DNA from: Thermodesulfobacteriota bacterium
GTDB taxonomy: Bacteria > Desulfobacterota_D > UBA1144 > Nemesobacterales > JAJCZQ01
DNA length: 64,000 nt
NCBI GenBank assembly: GCA_965203965.1
Contig: CBDBDR010000017.1
Coordinates: forward strand, 1,443,947-1,507,946
Reading direction: 5' to 3'
A program made the position numbers and the translations under genes. Of this stretch, positions 60,892 to 64,000 are shown piece after piece. Below the pieces are notes generated by a model that worked only from the letters and a program-made list of their open reading frames with translations, ran no database searches and was not told where the DNA came from. Each line of letters opens with the position of its first letter. Within the stretch, counting starts at the first letter, position 1.

Positions 60892-62102
60892 AAGCCAAGC
60901 TGGTAAGCATTCCCGGATGAGAAATCCAGAACGTAGATCTCGCCTTTTTCATCCGTGCCAAAACTGGAGATAAGCATATCCGTTTCCAGCAGTTTGGCAT
61001 GCTGCCATTTGCTGTTTTTCTGTCTCAATCCCCAGATAGTTCCCGAGCAGAAATCTCCAAATAAATAGGTCCCCTTAATGCTCTTATACTTTTCTCCACG
61101 GTAAACATAGCCCCCGGTAACGGAGCATCCGTCATCGTGTCCATATTGCATTACAGGTATTGTTAAACTGGGCGTATTTACATTCTTATCTATATTAAAG
61201 GTGTTGAACCCTTCCATAAATCTCCAACCATAGTTTAAACCGCCTTTGCTGTTTGCTGGCTGAAAGTTGATCTCTTCCCACTTATACTGCCCCACGTCGG
61301 CAATATAGAGGTCGCCGGTTGAGGTATCAAAGGAAAATCTCCATGGATTCCTGAGACCGTAAGCCCATATTTCATTCTTTCCCTCTTTTCTGAGAAAGGG
61401 ATTGTCCGGAGGTATTCCATAAGGGTTGCCTTTGTCAACGTCAATTCTTAGTATTTTGCCAAGTAGAGACTTTTTATTTTGCCCATTATTTAGTGGGTCA
61501 CCGGCAGCTCCCCCGTCACCGGTTCCAATGTAGAGATAACCATCTGGTCCAAATGCGAGTTGTCCGCCGTTGTGATTTGAGTAGGGCTGTTGGATTTTTA
61601 ACAGTATTTTCTCATTATTGTCTTTGCTGCCGGCATTAAATTCCGATACAATGGTGTTGCCACGGAGGTCGGTGTAATAAACAAAGTATCTCCCGTTCGT
61701 CTTAAAGTTGGGATGAAACGCTACGGATAGTAAGCCTCGCTCGGATTCCCTTGATCTCACTCTGTCTGTAATATCAAGCAGTGTGACTCTTGTGTCTTTC
61801 TTGACGCTTATTATTTTTCCTTTTTTTTCAACAATAAAAATTTCCCCCGACCCATCACCAGAATTTGTGAGGTAAACAGGTTCATTGAAACCTATGTAAA
61901 CTTTGTTTAGGTTGAGTTCTGTCCAAGGTGGAACAGCCTCAGATTTCGTAGCGGTTGCAACGTGCTTCTGTGTATTGAAAGAAATTTTTACGATCTCTAT
62001 TCCCGCTTTTAATTCATTCCTGAGGAACAGGTATAAAATTCCTACTAATACTGTTACTATCAGTAAAATTGATTTAAACTTTCTGAAGTTATCCAATGAC
62101 AA
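60888..62102 (-). CDS. PQQ-dependent sugar dehydrogenase (glucose/sorbosone dehydrogenase family)
   Basis: ERGLLSVAFHP, NHNGG, GDGG, GLRNPWR and NYGW. N-terminal TM segment. Confidence 0.88.
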   Translation of the reverse strand: MSLDNFRKFKSILLIVTVLVGILYLFLRNELKAGIEIVKISFNTQKHVATATKSEAVPPWTELNLNKVYIGFNEPVYLTNSGDGSGEIFIVEKKGKIISVKKDTRVTLLDITDRVRSRESERGLLSVAFHPNFKTNGRYFVYYTDLRGNTIVSEFNAGSKDNNEKILLKIQQPYSNHNGGQLAFGPDGYLYIGTGDGGAAGDPLNNGQNKKSLLGKILRIDVDKGNPYGIPPDNPFLRKEGKNEIWAYGLRNPWRFSFDTSTGDLYIADVGQYKWEEINFQPANSKGGLNYGWRFMEGFNTFNIDKNVNTPSLTIPVMQYGHDDGCSVTGGYVYRGEKYKSIKGTYLFGDFCSGTIWGLRQKNSKWQHAKLLETDMLISSFGTDEKGEIYVLDFSSGNAYQLGF

Positions 62103-62126
62103 TTCTCCCTCAGTTGTAGATTGTAA

Positions 62127-62945
62127 TTATGTAATAGTGTTTTTATTTAATAACGTTGTAAGGAGTATAAAAATTGCAAGAAGTAATCTGTATAAAACGA
62201 ATACCCTAAAGTTCTGTTTTTTCAGAAATACGAGTAGGAATTTAATAACAAGATAAGAGGTAACAGTTGAAGAAACAACCCCAATGATAAATGGTAGGCT
62301 TGTAAATGTTTCAGCGCTGAAGTGCTGAAATTCCAATACTACGGCTCCTGCAATCAATGGAGCGGCGAGAAGAAATGAAAATTTTGCAGATTCTCCTCGC
62401 TTGAAGTTCCTTATTAGTCCACCAGTAATTGTTACTCCCGAACGCGATGCGCCGGGAATTATAGCAAATGCCTGTGCAATACCGAAATAAAGACAATCCG
62501 TTAAGTTCATGTCTTTTATATCTCGTTCATTGGTGGTTTTCTTGTCTGCAAAATAAAGAAGCAAGCCAAACAGTGCAAGGGCAAATGCGATTGAAAGGGG
62601 GTTTCTTAATATTCCAGACGCGTAAGATTCAAAGATAAACCCGCATAATACTCCGGGCACCGTTCCAATTACCAGAAACAGACCCAGTTTACCGTTGCTG
62701 TTTTCCTTGTATGAACCCTTCAGGGTGCATTTTACAAATTCTGATATGAGCAGTTTCCAGTCTCCGTGAAAATAAACCAAAATCGCAATCAAACTTCCCA
62801 GATGTAGTGCCACGTTGAAAGGTAGTCCAGAATCTTGCCAGAAAAAAAACCAAGGGATAAGAATCAGATGAGCGGTGCTGCTTATGGGCATAAACTCTGT
62901 TATTCCCTGTATTGCACCGAGTATAAATGATTGAACAGAATCCAA
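62127..62945 (-). CDS. uppP: Undecaprenyl-diphosphate phosphatase
   Basis: QGITEFMPISSTAH and PGASRSGVT. Confidence 0.94.
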   Translation of the reverse strand: MDSVQSFILGAIQGITEFMPISSTAHLILIPWFFFWQDSGLPFNVALHLGSLIAILVYFHGDWKLLISEFVKCTLKGSYKENSNGKLGLFLVIGTVPGVLCGFIFESYASGILRNPLSIAFALALFGLLLYFADKKTTNERDIKDMNLTDCLYFGIAQAFAIIPGASRSGVTITGGLIRNFKRGESAKFSFLLAAPLIAGAVVLEFQHFSAETFTSLPFIIGVVSSTVTSYLVIKFLLVFLKKQNFRVFVLYRLLLAIFILLTTLLNKNTIT

Positions 62946-62951
62946 TGTTTG

Positions 62952-64000
62952 TTACCTTTGTTTTTGAAGGACTTTTCTGAGAAAATTGGCAGTGTGGGAT
63001 TTACGGGATTTTATCAGTTTTTCTGGATCACCTTCCTCAACGACGTATCCACCTTTCTCTCCGCCTTCAGGTCCCAAATCTATAACGTGATCGGCACACT
63101 TGATAATATCAATGTTGTGCTCAATGACTATAACTGTATTACCAAGCTCAACAAGCCTGTGAATTACGTTAAGCAGCTTTTTTACATCGTCAAAGTGAAG
63201 ACCCACGGAGGGCTCATCCAGTATATACAAGGTTTTTCCGGTGGATTTTTTGGAAAGTTCTTTTGATAGTTTTATCCTCTGGGCTTCACCCCCGGAAACC
63301 GTTATTGACTTTTGTCCGAGTCTTATGTATCCCAGTCCTACTTCGTTCAGAACGCAGAGTTTTGTCTTGAGTGCGGGAAAATTTTGAAAAAAATCCATAG
63401 CCTCATCAACGGTCATATTCAAGACGTCGGCAATATTTTTTCCTCTGAATTTAATTTTAAGCGTTTCCCCGTTGTATCTTTTTCCTCCACACTGTTCACA
63501 CTTTACGTAAACGTCAGACAGAAAGTGCATTTCAATTTTCATCACCCCGTCACCATTGCAGTGGTTACATCTTCCATCTTTTACGTTAAAACTGAACCTG
63601 CCCGGACCATAGCCTCTTGATTTTGATTCGGGTAATAATGAGAAAATTTTTCTTATATCAGTGAATAGATCAGTATAAGTTGCAGGATTGGATTTTGGAG
63701 TTCTTCCAATGGGTGATTGGTCAACGTCTATTACCTTGTTAATTTTGTCATCTCCGATCATTTGCTTTACCTTTCCCGCGCACTTCCTCGCTTTGTAAAG
63801 TTTGCGGGAAAGATGTCCATACAGCGTGTCTATGATAAGAGTGCTTTTTCCGGAGCCCGACACGCCGGTTACGCAGGTGAATATCCCTATGGGAATCTTA
63901 ATATTTATATTTTTCAAGTTGTTTTCGGAGGCTCCGTATATCTCTATAAATTCTTTGGTTTTTCTTCTCTTTGAAGGGGTTTCTATACTTTGCTTTCCTG
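62952..64000 (-). CDS. uvrA: Excinuclease ABC subunit A, 3' part (runs off right edge)
   Basis: [32 protein letters not shown], CxxC..CxxC, SGGEAQR and LDEP. The frame is open to 64000. Confidence 0.95.
   Translation of the reverse strand, partial: GKQSIETPSKRRKTKEFIEIYGASENNLKNINIKIPIGIFTCVTGVSGSGKSTLIIDTLYGHLSRKLYKARKCAGKVKQMIGDDKINKVIDVDQSPIGRTPKSNPATYTDLFTDIRKIFSLLPESKSRGYGPGRFSFNVKDGRCNHCNGDGVMKIEMHFLSDVYVKCEQCGGKRYNGETLKIKFRGKNIADVLNMTVDEAMDFFQNFPALKTKLCVLNEVGLGYIRLGQKSITVSGGEAQRIKLSKELSKKSTGKTLYILDEPSVGLHFDDVKKLLNVIHRLVELGNTVIVIEHNIDIIKCADHVIDLGPEGGEKGGYVVEEGDPEKLIKSRKSHTANFLRKVLQKQR

Noticed and set aside
363..63974. Numerous short ORFs antisense to or nested in long genes
   Set aside because: These are shadow ORFs of well-supported genes and have no motifs of their own.
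1..64000. CRISPR array, rRNA or IS transposase
   Set aside because: No regularly spaced repeats, rRNA-like sequence or transposase ORFs were seen.

Overview
This is a bacterial chromosomal window made up mostly of housekeeping genes. These include tatA/B, nuoG-nuoH, pyrF, priA, glnE, carD, pyrE, metG-holB-tmk, rpsB-tsf-pyrH-frr, rsmI, uppP, the 3' part of uvrA, and two tRNAs (Pro-CGG, Ser-TGA). Metabolic modules present are egtBD (ergothioneine), cofG-cofH next to a DNA photolyase, a minor-pilin cluster, and a CP-ATP-grasp/alpha-E/transglutaminase operon. The main hidden structure is a decayed integron just downstream of tRNA-Ser (about 51.0-56.0 kb). It consists of a 27-codon integrase N-terminal relic pointing away from an array of four attC-bounded cassettes: a small membrane protein, a single-chain restriction-modification enzyme, a broken hypothetical gene, and an EcsC-like protein. 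A ~205-bp diverged duplication interrupts the array and starts exactly at a GTT crossover site. Other highlights are an Stf3-like sulfotransferase in an operon with a GPP34-domain/cytochrome P450 fusion, a PurU-type ACT domain fused to the CP-ATP-grasp ligase, a PLD-nuclease/SNF2 helicase plus frameshifted adenine methyltransferase pair at the left edge, and a PriA missing one zinc site. All family calls come from motif recognition by eye. No searches were run.
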